Origin: Octopus vulgaris
Lineage: Eukaryota
Assembly (NCBI GenBank): GCA_951406725.2
Contig: OX597827.1
Location: 16,244,001-16,308,000, forward strand
Direction: 5' to 3'
Length of the DNA: 64,000 nt
A program made the position numbers and the translations under genes. Numbering within the stretch: position 1 is the first letter of the stretch; the number at the start of each line of letters is the position of its first letter. Below are positions 1 through 11,414 of the stretch, in pieces. The notes beneath the pieces are model-generated. The model saw only the letters and a program-made list of their open reading frames with translations, searched no databases and was not told where the DNA came from.

Positions 1-370
1 TTCTGAGTTCGAATTCCACCGAGGTCGACTTTGCCTTTCAGCCTCTCGGGGTCGATAAATTAAATACCAGTTGTTTACTGGATGTCTTTACGTTCTGAGT
101 TCGAATTCCACCGAGGTCGACTTTGCCTTTCAGCCTCTCGGGGTCGATAAATTAAATACCAGTTGTTTACTGGATGTCTTTGCGTTCTGAGTTCGAATTC
201 CACCGAGGTCGACTTTGCCTTTCAGCCTCTCGGGGTCGATAAATTAAATACCAGTTGTGTACTGGATGTCTTTACGTTCTGAGTTCGAATTCCACCGAGG
301 TCGACTTTGCCTTTCAGCCTCTCGGGGTCGATAAATTAAATACCAGTTGTGTACTAGGGTCGACCTAATC
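1..370 (+). repeat. Tandem array (4 x 92 bp) of the central part of SINE family A
   Basis: Units start at 1, 93, 185 and 277 (ttctgagttcgaattccaccgaggtcgactttgcctttc...ggggtcgataaattaaataccag). The same core is dispersed elsewhere in the window. Confidence 0.9.
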
Positions 371-378
371 AACTGGCC

Positions 379-2192
379 GGCAATGTTTCGTTTGTAGTAG
401 CACACGTTTCCCTCGATTTCCTCCGTCGATTGTCGATTTCCGTAAAAAACTTTTATTTTTTTACATATGGCTTTGCGGGAATATTTGAAGTAATGAGAGC
501 GAAAGAGACTAAGAGGAAGCGATTTTATGACGACGGAATTTCTTTTTGAAGTCCCCGTGTGTGTGTTTGATGGGGTGTGGGAGACAGACAGTATGTTGTG
601 TAAGTGAAGTGCTTCTGTTAGTGTGTGCGAAGAGACAGAGAGAGTAATGTGTGAAAGAGAGAGATAACTGAAATTTTTCACTCGGTGTATATGTATGTGT
701 GTGTGTGTATGTATCTATGTATGTGTGTATGTATCTATGTATGTGTGTGTATGTATGGCCGATTCAGTGTAATTTTTTACTCGGTGTATGTGTATATGTA
801 TGTCTGAATGTATGTATGTATGTGTGTATGTATCTATGTATCTGTGTATGTGTATGTATGTATGGCCGATTCAGTGTAATTTTTTACTCAGTGTATGTGT
901 ATATGTATGTCTGCATGTATGTGTGTGTGTGTGTGTATGTATCTATGTATGTGTGTGTGTGTAAGTATGTGTGTGTGTATGTATGTATGTATGGCCGATT
1001 CAGTGTAATTTTTTACTTGGTGTATGTGTATATGTATGTCTGCATGTATGCGTGTGTGTGTATGTATCTATGTGTGTGTGTGTGTGTATGTATGTATGGC
1101 CGATTCAGTGTAATTTTTTACTCGGTGTATGTGTATATGTATGTCTGCATGTATGTGTGTGTGTATGTATCTATGTATGTATGTGTGTGTGTGTGTAAGT
1201 ATGTGTGTGTATGTATGTATGGCCGATTCAGTGTAATTTTTTACTCGGTGTATGTGTATATGTATGTCTGCATGTATGTGTGTGTGTGTATGTATGTGTG
1301 TGTGTATGTATGTGTGTGTGTGTAAGTATGTGTGTGTGTGTATGTATGTATGGCCGATTCAGTGTAATTTTTTACTCGGTGTATGTGTATATGTATGTCT
1401 GCATGTATGTGTGTGTGTGTATGTATATATGTATGTGTGTGTGTGTATGTATATATGTATGTGTGTGTGTATGTATGTATGTATGTATGTATGGCCGAAA
1501 GAGGGTGGGACATTGATATTGTAGCAGTCCTTTGATGACGATTCCTTACTAAGTCATGAAATGGCTTGTTCTGTTGATAACAAGTGATGTGCTTGCTTAT
1601 ATTAAGACCCAGAAGGATAGATATATCATTGAGAACAATAAATTTAGTTGATTTAGCTTATGGTGTACTAGAAGAGGTTAGAAAGGGTCAAGTGGTGAAG
1701 GGATTATTTCGGCCTAGCTTTTTTCTTTTACTTGTTTTAGTCATTAAACAGGCAAAGGTAATCTAAGGTAATCTTTTCGTTTTAACTCGAAATAATGTAA
1801 ACACTGAATCGGCCATACATACATACACACACACATACATACACACACACACATACATAGATACATACACACACACATACATGCAGACATACATATACAC
1901 ATACACCGAGTAAAAAATTTCAGTTATCTCTCTCTTTCACACATTACTCTCTCTGTCTCTTCGCACACACTAACAGAAGCACTTCACTTACACAACATAC
2001 TGTCTGTCTCCCACACCCCATCAAACACACACACGGGGACTTCAAAAAGAAATTCCGTCGTCATAAAATCGCTTCCTCTTAGTCTCTTTCGCTCTCATTA
2101 CTTCAAATATTCCCGCAAAGCCATATGTAAAAAAATAAAAGTTTTTTACGGAAATCGACGGAAACGTGTGCTACTACAAACGAAACATTGCC
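379..2192. mobile_element. Non-autonomous foldback DNA transposon, Merlin-like (GG termini, ~390-bp TIRs, 8-bp TSD)
   Basis: ggcaatgtttcgtttgtagtagcacacgtttcc starts at 379 and its reverse complement ends at 2192. The TSD aactggcc is at 371-378 and 2193-2200. The element is inserted into the 3' end of a SINE A copy. Confidence 0.85.
730..1497 (+). repeat. Minisatellite (~6 units of 105-140 bp) inside the left arm of the foldback element
   Basis: Recurring atggccgattcagtgtaattttttactcggtgtatgtgtatatgtatgtctgcatg separated by (TG/TA)n. One inverted unit lies in the right arm at ~1800-1915. Confidence 0.85.
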
Positions 2193-2470
2193 AACTGGCC
2201 CCCTTCAAGTTGTTTACATTTCTGAAGATAACAGAAACCCTTTTTTTCCACCCCTAACCCTAACCCTAACCCCACATCGCCATATATATAAAAAAACAAA
2301 CACTTTCTTGAAACGTATCCAGTAGTTCCGGGACTTTTCGGTATAAGTACCGTTTCTAGCAGCCGTGTGTCCTGGTAACGGAATATCGCCATCTCCACCA
2401 CTATCACGCAAGTTTGACACAAGAGTGCGAGGCGACTTCGTTTGCTGGTCATTTCGCTTGAGTAAAAGTC

Positions 2471-3676
2471 ATGCACGTACTTAAAAATTGGGAATTATCT
2501 GAATGTATAGAAAACATCGACCAAGTTATTGATAAGGCACGCGGAAAAGAAATTTTGAATGAACACGAAGGAAAGTATGTGAAGTCTTTTAAACACGGCT
2601 CGTATGAGGAAAGCAGGAAGTTAATGGAAATGGTGAGTTGTTATGGCGATCAATTAGAAACTTTTTTGGACATTTTAAATGAAACAGGAAACGAACAGCT
2701 AGCAAGACGTATAAGTGAGAAAAAATACGAATTTGTTTTCATGATCAGAAGTAAAGACTACCTGAATGCCGAAGGAAGACATAATCACTGTTCGTTGTTA
2801 CCTCGCAGTATACCAACGCAATTTATTTACGAATCTAAAGTTGAAGATGTTATAGATAAACTAAAAGAGAAATATGAATGCCGCAAACCCATAGCCGATA
2901 GATTATATGTAGTTATTGTCTGTAAAAATCTTTCTGAAATATTTACTAAGGGTAATGAAGAAGCTGAAATGAGCTGTTTACTCATACATATGTATAATGT
3001 ATTCGGTGAAAGTAAAGAAATAAAAGTAATCGTCAACGTTAATTCAACGGTGTCAGAGGAAGATCGTTTTGTTTTTTTGCCATTCCCTTTGTGGAGAACT
3101 ATAGAGATGTATATCATTGAAAATAAAAAGGATGAGGAACTGAAAGACTTCCTTTGTTGTACGAATATTCCAGATACGTTAAAAAGAGATTCTAGGAGCA
3201 AAATAACTTTCACCGAGAGTTATATGTATGTTTTCACGTCGAACGCTTCCCCAAGAACTCTACAAAAGAAGTTGGAGTCTATCATAGAAGATGTTAAAAT
3301 AGTCGGTTTCAAAAGGAGTACAGTAGCTAATTGTGTAGAACTCGCTAAAGAAAATATGAAGAAGAAAGAAGCTAACATCAGGGGCGTTGAATTAATGTCC
3401 AAGATCAAACGAATCATAGTTTTTGTATATGGATTATGTGATGTTGAAAAAGTTACTGAATTGTTTGAATTGGAGAAAAGAATTGATATAGTAATTAACT
3501 TTAAAGAGGGAAATAAACCGAAAGTCTCTGAGTGGAAGAAGAAAGATAATGTGACCATTTATGCGATGGACGAAAAGCAGAAGGAAACATTCCTGAAATG
3601 TCCAGACAAAATGATCTCTGTGGATAACTTTCTTAGTGAATACTGTGCGAAGATCGGATATGAGAATGAGCAATAA
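2471..3676 (+). CDS. Intronless 401-aa protein: N-terminal CARD/death-fold-like domain (aa ~1-83) plus degenerate NACHT/STAND-like alpha/beta region (paralogue 1)
   Basis: Long complex ORF in a stop-rich background, with an in-frame TGA four codons upstream of the ATG. The helical pattern IDQVIDKA..EIL..E..YV....SYEESRKLMEMV..YG...ETFLDILNETGNEQLARRI fits a CARD. The reading frame is conserved with the diverged paralogue at 4546-5778. Confidence 0.85.
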   Translation: MHVLKNWELSECIENIDQVIDKARGKEILNEHEGKYVKSFKHGSYEESRKLMEMVSCYGDQLETFLDILNETGNEQLARRISEKKYEFVFMIRSKDYLNAEGRHNHCSLLPRSIPTQFIYESKVEDVIDKLKEKYECRKPIADRLYVVIVCKNLSEIFTKGNEEAEMSCLLIHMYNVFGESKEIKVIVNVNSTVSEEDRFVFLPFPLWRTIEMYIIENKKDEELKDFLCCTNIPDTLKRDSRSKITFTESYMYVFTSNASPRTLQKKLESIIEDVKIVGFKRSTVANCVELAKENMKKKEANIRGVELMSKIKRIIVFVYGLCDVEKVTELFELEKRIDIVINFKEGNKPKVSEWKKKDNVTIYAMDEKQKETFLKCPDKMISVDNFLSEYCAKIGYENEQ

Positions 3677-3772
3677 GGACTTGTAGGAATTTCATGAGTT
3701 ATATATCTTCAACAAGCGAGATATATTCTCCCTGACAAAACGCAGGATTAGCTTGTTCCCCAGTTCTTGCGC

Positions 3773-3886
3773 GCATCTTCTCCTTATTCTTATCTTTTGA
3801 TGCAATCTTCTCCTCATTCTTATCTTTTGATGCAATCTTCTCCTCATTCTTATCTTTTGATGCAATCTTCTCCTCATTCTTATCTT
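3773..3886 (+). repeat. 30-bp tandem repeat, ~4 copies
   Basis: gcaatcttctcctcattcttatcttttgat is repeated. Confidence 0.9.
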
Positions 3887-3955
3887 CCCTTTTATTTTGA
3901 CCTGCACACTGCCTCTTTATTCTTCTCTTCCTTTTGCACACGCACATTGCATACT

Positions 3956-4326
3956 ATTTTACTTGTTTCAGTCATTTGGTTGTGGCCATGCTGGAGCACC
4001 GCCTTTAGTCGAGCAAATCGACTCCAGGACTTATTCTTTGTAAGCCTAGTACTTATTCTATCGGTGACTTTGGCCGAACCGTTAAGTTACGGCGACGTAA
4101 ACACGACCAGCATCGGTGTTGGGGGGACAAACACAGACGCACACACATATATACATAAATACGACGGGCTTCTTTCAGTTTCCGTCTACCAAATCCACTC
4201 ACAAGGCTTTGGTCGGCCCGAGGCTAAAGTAGAAGACACTTGCCCGAAGTGCCACGTAGTGGGACTGAACCCGGAACCATGTGGTCGGTAAGCAAGCTAC
4301 TTACCACACAGCCACTCCTACGCCTA
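3956..4326 (-). mobile_element. SINE family C (tRNA-like head, CORE-like cttgggcaagt segment)
   Basis: The minus strand begins ggcgtaggagtggctgtgtggtaag. Homologous to copies at 20276, 22201 and 51640. Confidence 0.8.
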
Positions 4327-4545
4327 GGATGTTCATTTTTCTTTCTCGGGTTCTAGTTTCAAACTGTTTTGCACAACAGGACCCTTTCACTATATGTGTG
4401 AGTGCGTAAGGAGCCCCACGCCCAGCGATTGTTGTGGAAAGGACCACTCCCTGGGAAGGGACATAACTCTAGTCAGTTGCACGTTAATTGCTGTGTCGAG
4501 TGCGAGGCGACTTCGTTTGCTGGTCATTTCGCTTGAGTAGAAGTC

Positions 4546-5778
4546 ATGCACGTACTTAAAAATTGGGAATTATCTGAATGTATAGAAAACATCGACAAAG
4601 TTATTGATGAGGCACGCGGGAAAGAAATTTTGAATGAACACGAAAAAAATTATGTGAAGTCTTTTGAACACGGCTCGTATGAGGAAAGCAGGAAGTTAAT
4701 GGAAATGGTGAGTTGTTATGGCGATCAGTTAAAAACTTTTTTGGACATTTTAAATGAAACAGGAAACGAACAGCTAGCAAGACGTATAAGTGAGAAAAAA
4801 TACGAATTTGTTTTCATGATCAGAAGTAAAGACTACCTGAATGCCAAAGGAAGACATAATCACTGTTCGTTGTTACCTCGCAGTATACCAACGCAATTTA
4901 TTTACGAATCTAAAGTTAAAGATGTTATAAAGAAACTAAAAGAGAAATATGAATGCCGCAAACCCATAGCCGATAGATTTTATGTAGTCATCGTCTGTAA
5001 AAAATGGGAAGGAAAGTATATCTATTATACTGATGAAGATGAAATTTTAATTTACGATTTCATTGAATATATTTGTGATATCTTAGATAAAAGTAAAGAA
5101 ATAAAAATAATTGCCATCGTTGATGCCAATGGAAAAAATGAGCCAAAGAAAGAAAATGAATTTCTAGGTTCCGTGGCAGAAAGTACAGACATGTATATCA
5201 TTGAAAAACTAAAGGATGAGGAACTGAGAGACTTCATGTTTTGTGAGAATGTGATGGATTTGTTGAGAAAGATTGATGATAAGAAAATGTTTTTCTTCGA
5301 AAGTTTTGTGCATATTATCATGCATCAGAAGAGCAGCAGAAAGATAGAAAATCAGTTGCGTTCTAAAATAAAACAAATCAAAGTAGAAAGCACAAAAACG
5401 AACAAACTAGACAAGGTAGAAGATATTGTTAAGGAAATAGAATATTATTCGGAGTCTAAAATAAAAAGAATCATAATGTTCTTTGCTGACGGATTCTTGA
5501 ATCTTAAAGTAGCTCTCGATTTTATCAAAAAATTGTTTACACACTTCTCTAATTCGAAGAAAGAAATTCATGTACTGATACGGAAAGCGAAAGAATCTAC
5601 AATTCCAGAAAATATTTCACTAAAAGAGTCTGATTGGGATAAGAGAACACATATGAGCTTTTATGTGATGGGGGAAAAGGAGTTTGACATGATTTCATCC
5701 TCAAGGGAAAAACAGATCTCTGTTGATGACTTTCTAAGAGAATACTGTTCTAAGATTGGATATGCGAAAGAACAATAA
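4546..5778 (+). CDS. Intronless 410-aa protein: CARD/death-fold-like domain plus degenerate NACHT/STAND-like region (paralogue 2)
   Basis: Near-identical to paralogue 1 for aa 1-152. Afterwards only islands are shared (SKEIK, MYIIExxKDEELxDF, SKIKRII, ISVDxFLxEYCxKIGYxxEQ). The frame stays open despite heavy divergence. Confidence 0.85.
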   Translation: MHVLKNWELSECIENIDKVIDEARGKEILNEHEKNYVKSFEHGSYEESRKLMEMVSCYGDQLKTFLDILNETGNEQLARRISEKKYEFVFMIRSKDYLNAKGRHNHCSLLPRSIPTQFIYESKVKDVIKKLKEKYECRKPIADRFYVVIVCKKWEGKYIYYTDEDEILIYDFIEYICDILDKSKEIKIIAIVDANGKNEPKKENEFLGSVAESTDMYIIEKLKDEELRDFMFCENVMDLLRKIDDKKMFFFESFVHIIMHQKSSRKIENQLRSKIKQIKVESTKTNKLDKVEDIVKEIEYYSESKIKRIIMFFADGFLNLKVALDFIKKLFTHFSNSKKEIHVLIRKAKESTIPENISLKESDWDKRTHMSFYVMGEKEFDMISSSREKQISVDDFLREYCSKIGYAKEQ

Positions 5779-7020
5779 GGACTTTCAGGAATTTCACTAT
5801 TTATATATCCCGAACAAGCAAGTTATATTCTCTGCGACAAAATACAGTCATTAGCTTGTTCCCCAGTTTAAGCGTGCCTGAAGCATATTTGAACTGATAA
5901 CAACATTGCAATTATATATCTTCATTTCAGCTTGAATCATAAAAGTACAGACGTTCTTATCACTGTGAAATAACTTCCTGCTTCCAAGGCCTGTTTCTCC
6001 ATAATGATCTTAAAAATTTATGTTTTTAATGAAATGTAGTGATACATTTTAGATGATGTATATTACGATAATATTGGAGGCAGGTGTATTGAATATGAAA
6101 TTGTTTGAAGGAACATTCCACTCTTCATCGACTTTGTTAAATATGTTTTTGAATGAAATTTTCTAGATACGTTTTTTGAGGTCCCAGATTATGATTATCT
6201 TGATTTAAGTGAAGAAAAGGAAAAAGAAAAGAAAAAAAGACACACAAGTTTCGAGTAGTTCCATGTCATTGCAAGAAATAAAGAGGCACTCATAAGTTCC
6301 TGGTTTCTGTGAAACCTGTGGTCATTTTCCACTTTAATTTGCTCGGGAGAATTCTTTGAAAGAAATATTTTCGAACAAGTTTGAGTAGAATGCTAACACT
6401 TCATTTATTGAACACATATTTCTTTCATTCAAAGGGTTGAAGGAAAATCGAACACATTTTTCAAGTTTTATCACGAGAATCGTACTCTATACACTTAAAA
6501 ATGTATCTCTAAAAAACTTTGGTAAAAAAAAGTCAGCATTTTAAAGAAAGTTACAAGGAAAGAAAATGCTGATGATGGGGTAAAATTTTGTAGTTATACC
6601 AAAAACGTTTTGTTATTTTAAAGATTTTCATTTCATTCCATTCAAGTTTTGGGGGAGCATAAGGTTTGAAATTGTGACATGATATTGAAGCTTACAGTTA
6701 TATAGTTTACTTCAATTAAAGGGAATTATTTGGTATTTTTCAGTAGAGATTATTATAAAGTGCCTTTAATTTTGGTGGAAAACCGTTTCATTTTATTCAC
6801 ACTGTTGATGTGCTGGTTTCATGCATTAGCATTCAGCCTCCACAAACTGCTGAAATTTCTGAGATGCTTTGCTTAATGAAAAGAAACTAAGAAAAGAAAT
6901 TAATAAAACTTCAAAGTTTTGTTTTTTAAAGTTGTTTTTGTTTCTTTTGTTTGTTGTCTGCTTCTTTTCTCTTTGTTCTACAGATTTTAATAATTGAAAC
7001 AGATTTTCAAATGCTAAATT

Positions 7021-7208
7021 CATCATCATCATCATCGTTTAGCGTCCGCTTTCCATGCTGGCATGGGTTGGATGGTTCAACTGGGGTCTGGGAAGCCAGG
7101 TGGCTGCACCAGGCTCCAGTCTTGATCTGGCAGTGTTTCTACAGCTGGATGCCCTTCCTAACGCCAATCTCTCCGTGAGTGTAGTGGGTGCTTTTTACGT
7201 GCCACCGT
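7021..7208 (-). mobile_element. Retroposon 3'-end fragment with (TGA)n tail (RTE-type tail)
   Basis: catcatcatcatcgtttagcgtccgctttccatgctggcatgggttgg is a typical RTE-like terminus ending in a trinucleotide tail. Confidence 0.5.
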
Positions 7209-8554
7209 TTAAATTTTTTACTTAATTTTGATCTTTCTCGTGTCTAAGAGTCGATATTTAAGTGCATGATTTTTTTTTTTGTCTTTTTCAAATGCAATTA
7301 TGAAGAATTGAAGAGGCATTTACTTGTCTTGTCTTACTCATTTTGCCCCGTCTAAATTTGTTTTTTATTTGCTCAAAGAGAACGGAGATAATTTTCTGAA
7401 AGTTTTACGGAGATGTACTTGCATAGCGAGTGACTTGATCTGAGATCGTGTGCTGGAACAAAAACAATTGCAGCATGGAAGTTGTTTGTAAGCCATTCAA
7501 GAACACACAAAAACCGTTCGATTCACTTCAACGATGACGTTAAATGATGATGATGATGATGATGTTAGTAAAATGAAAGAGAATCACAGAAAAATGGCAG
7601 AATATGAATTTAACGAAACCCGACTTAATGAAAAACTCAACGTAAAATATTCTCTATGGCTTTTTTCCAGAATGTTCTGAGGTGGCTCTCAGCAGAATCG
7701 TAATTTAAACAAACCATGTGACCTGTTTTCTTTCTTTTATCCTTTTACTTGTTTCAGTCGTTTCACTGCGGCCATGCTGGAGCAGTACCTTTAGTCGAAT
7801 AAATCGATTGCGTGACTTTCGCTTTGTCAGCCAATTATTTATCCTATTGGTCACTTTTGTCGAACTGCTAACCTATACGCCAAGAAACCGGGAAGCCGGC
7901 CCTTATGAGCCAGGCATGGCTCAAGAAGGAACAAACAAACAACATCGTAGCGCGAATACCCAGAGAGTTTGACGAGATGACGTACAATTTTTGTTCCATC
8001 TCTTTGTATTCTGATTTTAAACTTATAGGTTGAAGACTCAATCCTATTTGACAACACCACCCTGGGTGCTTTAGTGTAGCCCAAACAATTGTCTGGTTTA
8101 GTGTAGCCCAAACAATTGTCTGGTTTGAGGATACATTCTACAAACAGTTTGGAAGGACCCAGTCGCCATACGCTTTACAAATAAATGAAGGGACCTGTAT
8201 GAGGTTTTCTTCAAAAGGTGCCACTGAAACAGTGTTGTGTAATGCATGGGAGATAATTGCGTGCAATTTAACGTGATTTATCTCCCTGTGATAGTATTGG
8301 AATTATTTTTTTTCCTGACGTCTCATTCAGTGCTTCAGTTCTGAGGGGAGAATGAGAGGAAGGCTATACGGTCTCATTAACATTGTTGGCTGTGTTGTTA
8401 AGAAGTACGCTTTACAACCACTTTGTCTTTGAATGCATCCCAGTGTGCAGCACTGAGTACAAGTGTTTTCTGTTATAGTGTCACGAAAATGAAATTGTTT
8501 GAAGGGAAAATTCCGCTCTTCACTGACATTTTTAAATACGTACCATATGTTTTA

Positions 8555-8976
8555 GGATCTTTTCGGTTTGAACGGCAGTTTTTTCTAGCGGTGTCATATG
8601 AAATTGCCACCCATAATTATGACCCTAGTATCGATCTATTGCATTTCTATCTGTTTTAGGATTAGGGTTAGGGGTGGGGGAAAGGTATCTTTTTTCTTCA
8701 GAAATGTAAATAAACCTATTCTGTTTCTTAAACGAGGGACATATTCATACGGCACAGAATGTTTTTTTTTTTTTACCTCAATAGACGTCACTGATTGGTT
8801 GAAATTACAGAAATTGAAAAAAAACAAAAACAAATATCTTACTAACTATAGAATTGTCTCAATAAAGCCAAGAGAAAAAGATGTTTTATAAACACATTCT
8901 ACCAGTATACGAAGTTTAAAAGTGTTTAGTTACCTAGAAATTATGTTAAAAACTGCCGTTCAAACCGAAAAGATCA
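8555..8976. mobile_element. ~420-bp MITE, Merlin-like (TIR ggatcttttcggtttgaacggcagtttt)
   Basis: TIRs at both ends; 8-bp TSD atgtttta (8547-8554 and 8977-8984); the empty site is in the paralogous segment near 6145. Confidence 0.9.
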
Positions 8977-9482
8977 ATGTTTTAATGAAAATTTCTAGAG
9001 ATACGTCTTTGAGGCCTCAGACTATGAATATCTTGATTAAAGTGGACCCCCCCCCCCACGAACAAAATAAACAAACAAACAAAAACACAAGTTTCGAGTA
9101 ATTCCATGTCATTGCCAGAAATAAAGGGGCACTCATAAGCTCCTGGTTTCTGTGAAACCTGTAGTTGCTTTCCTTCTTAATTTGCTCAAGAAAATTCATC
9201 GAAAGAAATATTTTTGAAAAAGCGGATTAGAATGCTAACACTTCATTTATTGAACACGTGTTTCTTTCATTCAAAAGGCTGATTAGACAGAAATATAAAT
9301 AAAAAATTGGACAGCGGGTGATCGAAGAATTTTTAACTGCGAAAATCAATTTTTTTTTTCAAGTTTTATCACACTAATCATCCTCTATACATTTAAAAAC
9401 GAATCTCTGAAGAACTTCAGTAAAAACAGTAAGCATTTAGAAGAAAGTTACGAGAACAGAAATTGCCGATGATGGGGCACAA

Positions 9483-9760
9483 TTATAATATAATAATGAA
9501 ATTATTGTATACAGTGTTCAGGTGCACCACAACTTGTCAGAAAGTGCATATAAAGTACATGCAGTAATGTAAAAATGTCTGGAAAGCGAACAATGTATGA
9601 GTCAGATACATGCCTGTGTGTGTATGGAAGGAGAAAATCAGGTGTAGTGTTGGCGAATCTCAGAAAGCATGGAAGTTTTGAAGGATGCAGTGCTCCGACA
9701 ACTAACAACTGATGCCGGCAGTTTGTTCCTTGCTTCAGCAACTCTCAGCATGAAAAAAAT
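9483..9760 (-). mobile_element. CR1/L2-type LINE 3' fragment with (TTA)n tail
   Basis: Homologous to 58003-58430 and absent from the paralogous A segment near 6580. Confidence 0.7.
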
Positions 9761-10224
9761 GTAGTTATAATCCTGTAGTTATACCAAAAATGTTCGTATT
9801 ATTCCATACTCAAAGTTATTGAAAACGTAACATTTGAAGTTGTAACATGATATTAAAGCTTTCAGTTAAATATTTTACTTCAGCTAAAAGGGATAATTTG
9901 GCATTTTGTAATAGAGGCTACAATACAGTACCTTCAATTTCGGTAGCAAACTTTCTGATTTTATTTATACTGCTGCTGTGCTTGTTTTACGCTCAAACAT
10001 TAAACCTCATGAAATGTCTGAGATGCTTTACTTAATGAAATTAAGCCTCAAACGTCTTGTTTTTTTAAATCTTGTTTGTCTTTGTGTCTTTCTCTGTTTT
10101 TTATTTTGTTCTATAGATTTTAATGATCGTAAAAGATTTTTGCAATGCGGAATTCAATAAAATATTGAACTTGCTAACTGATGTGTCAGCTATTCATATA
10201 CCTTTTCATATACTATTCATATAT

Positions 10225-10420
10225 ATTGACGTCATTGATCGGTTGAAATTGCAGAAATTGAAGAAAAAAAACAACAAATATCTTACAAACTATGGAATTT
10301 TCTCAATAAAGCGAAGAGAAAAAGATGTTTTATAAACACATTCTACCAGTATACGAAGTTTAAAAGTGTTTAGTTACGTGGATATTATTAAAAAAACTGC
10401 CGGTCAAACCGAAAAGATCC
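10225..10420. mobile_element. Partial MITE (one half) of the same Merlin-like family, duplicated together with its flank
   Basis: Ends in caaaccgaaaagatcc, followed by the same flank (taatatgctaaaacaaacaaac...) as the 11893-12299 copy. Confidence 0.8.
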
Positions 10421-10990
10421 TAATATGCTAAAACAAACAAACAAAAAAAAGAAGCACCCTGTTGTCATTGTTGCTATATGTGCGACTTGGAAATTCCCAG
10501 CATTCTAAATATTCATCTCCTTGTGTCAGCTATTCATATACTGATGTGTCAGCTATTCATATACGGTACCTTATCTATGGACAAGTAAATTTATCCTCAT
10601 TAGGGTTTTGGACGATTTACTTTGAGTAATATATTTTGGTTGTAAGTTCAATTTTCACTGAAGTCAACTTCGCTTAACATTTTTCCAGGGCTCGAGGAAT
10701 AAAAATGGTGGATTGGTAGAATCTCCAGAGAGTTTGACGAGATGACATACAATATTTGCTCCATCTTTTTGTGCTCCAATTTCAAATCGTGCAATGGTTT
10801 TTATAGGTAGAAGACTTAATCCTTTTTAACAACAGCATCTTTGGTGCTCTAGTGGAGCCCACACAATTGCAAGCAAGCAATCAAGCAAGCATTCCGACCA
10901 TATGTCTGGTTTGAGGATACATTTTAGTAACAGTTTGAAAGGACCCCGTATGGGGCTGTCTTCAAAGAGTACCACTGAAATAATATTGTG

Positions 10991-11414
10991 GGATCTTTTC
11001 GGTTTGAACGGCAGTTTTTAAAAATAATTTCCACGTAACTAAACACTTTTAAACTTCATATACTGGTAGAATGTGTTTATAAAACATCTTTTTCTCTTGG
11101 CTTTATTGAGAAAATTCTATGGTTTGTAAGATATTTGTTGTTGTTTTTTTTCTTCAATTTCTGCAATTTCAACCAATCAATGACGTCTATTGAGGTGAAA
11201 GCATTCTGTGCCGTATGAATATGTCCCCCGTTTAAGAAACAGATTGGGTTTATTTACATTTGTGAAGAAAAAAAGATACCCGTCTCCCCAACCCTAACTA
11301 ACCATAACCCTAAAACAGATTGAAATGCAATAGATCGATACTAGGGTTATAATTATGGGTGACAATTTCATATGACACTGCTAGAAAAAACTGCCGTTCA
11401 AACCGAAAAGATCC
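10991..11414. mobile_element. Merlin-like MITE copy
   Basis: TIRs; TSD atattgtg / atatggtg (1 mismatch); empty site near 8235. Confidence 0.88.

Noticed and set aside
1-370. CRISPR-like regular repeats
   Set aside because: The units are contiguous with no unique spacers, there are no cas genes, and the unit is a fragment of a dispersed SINE in a eukaryotic context.
2250-2272. Telomere
   Set aside because: Only about three CCCTAA units, internal, and matching the run inside the MITE family.
2827-3558. Antisense ORFs overlapping the CARD-like genes (also 5052-5321)
   Set aside because: These are shadow frames of the A-rich sense CDS and are not conserved between the paralogues.
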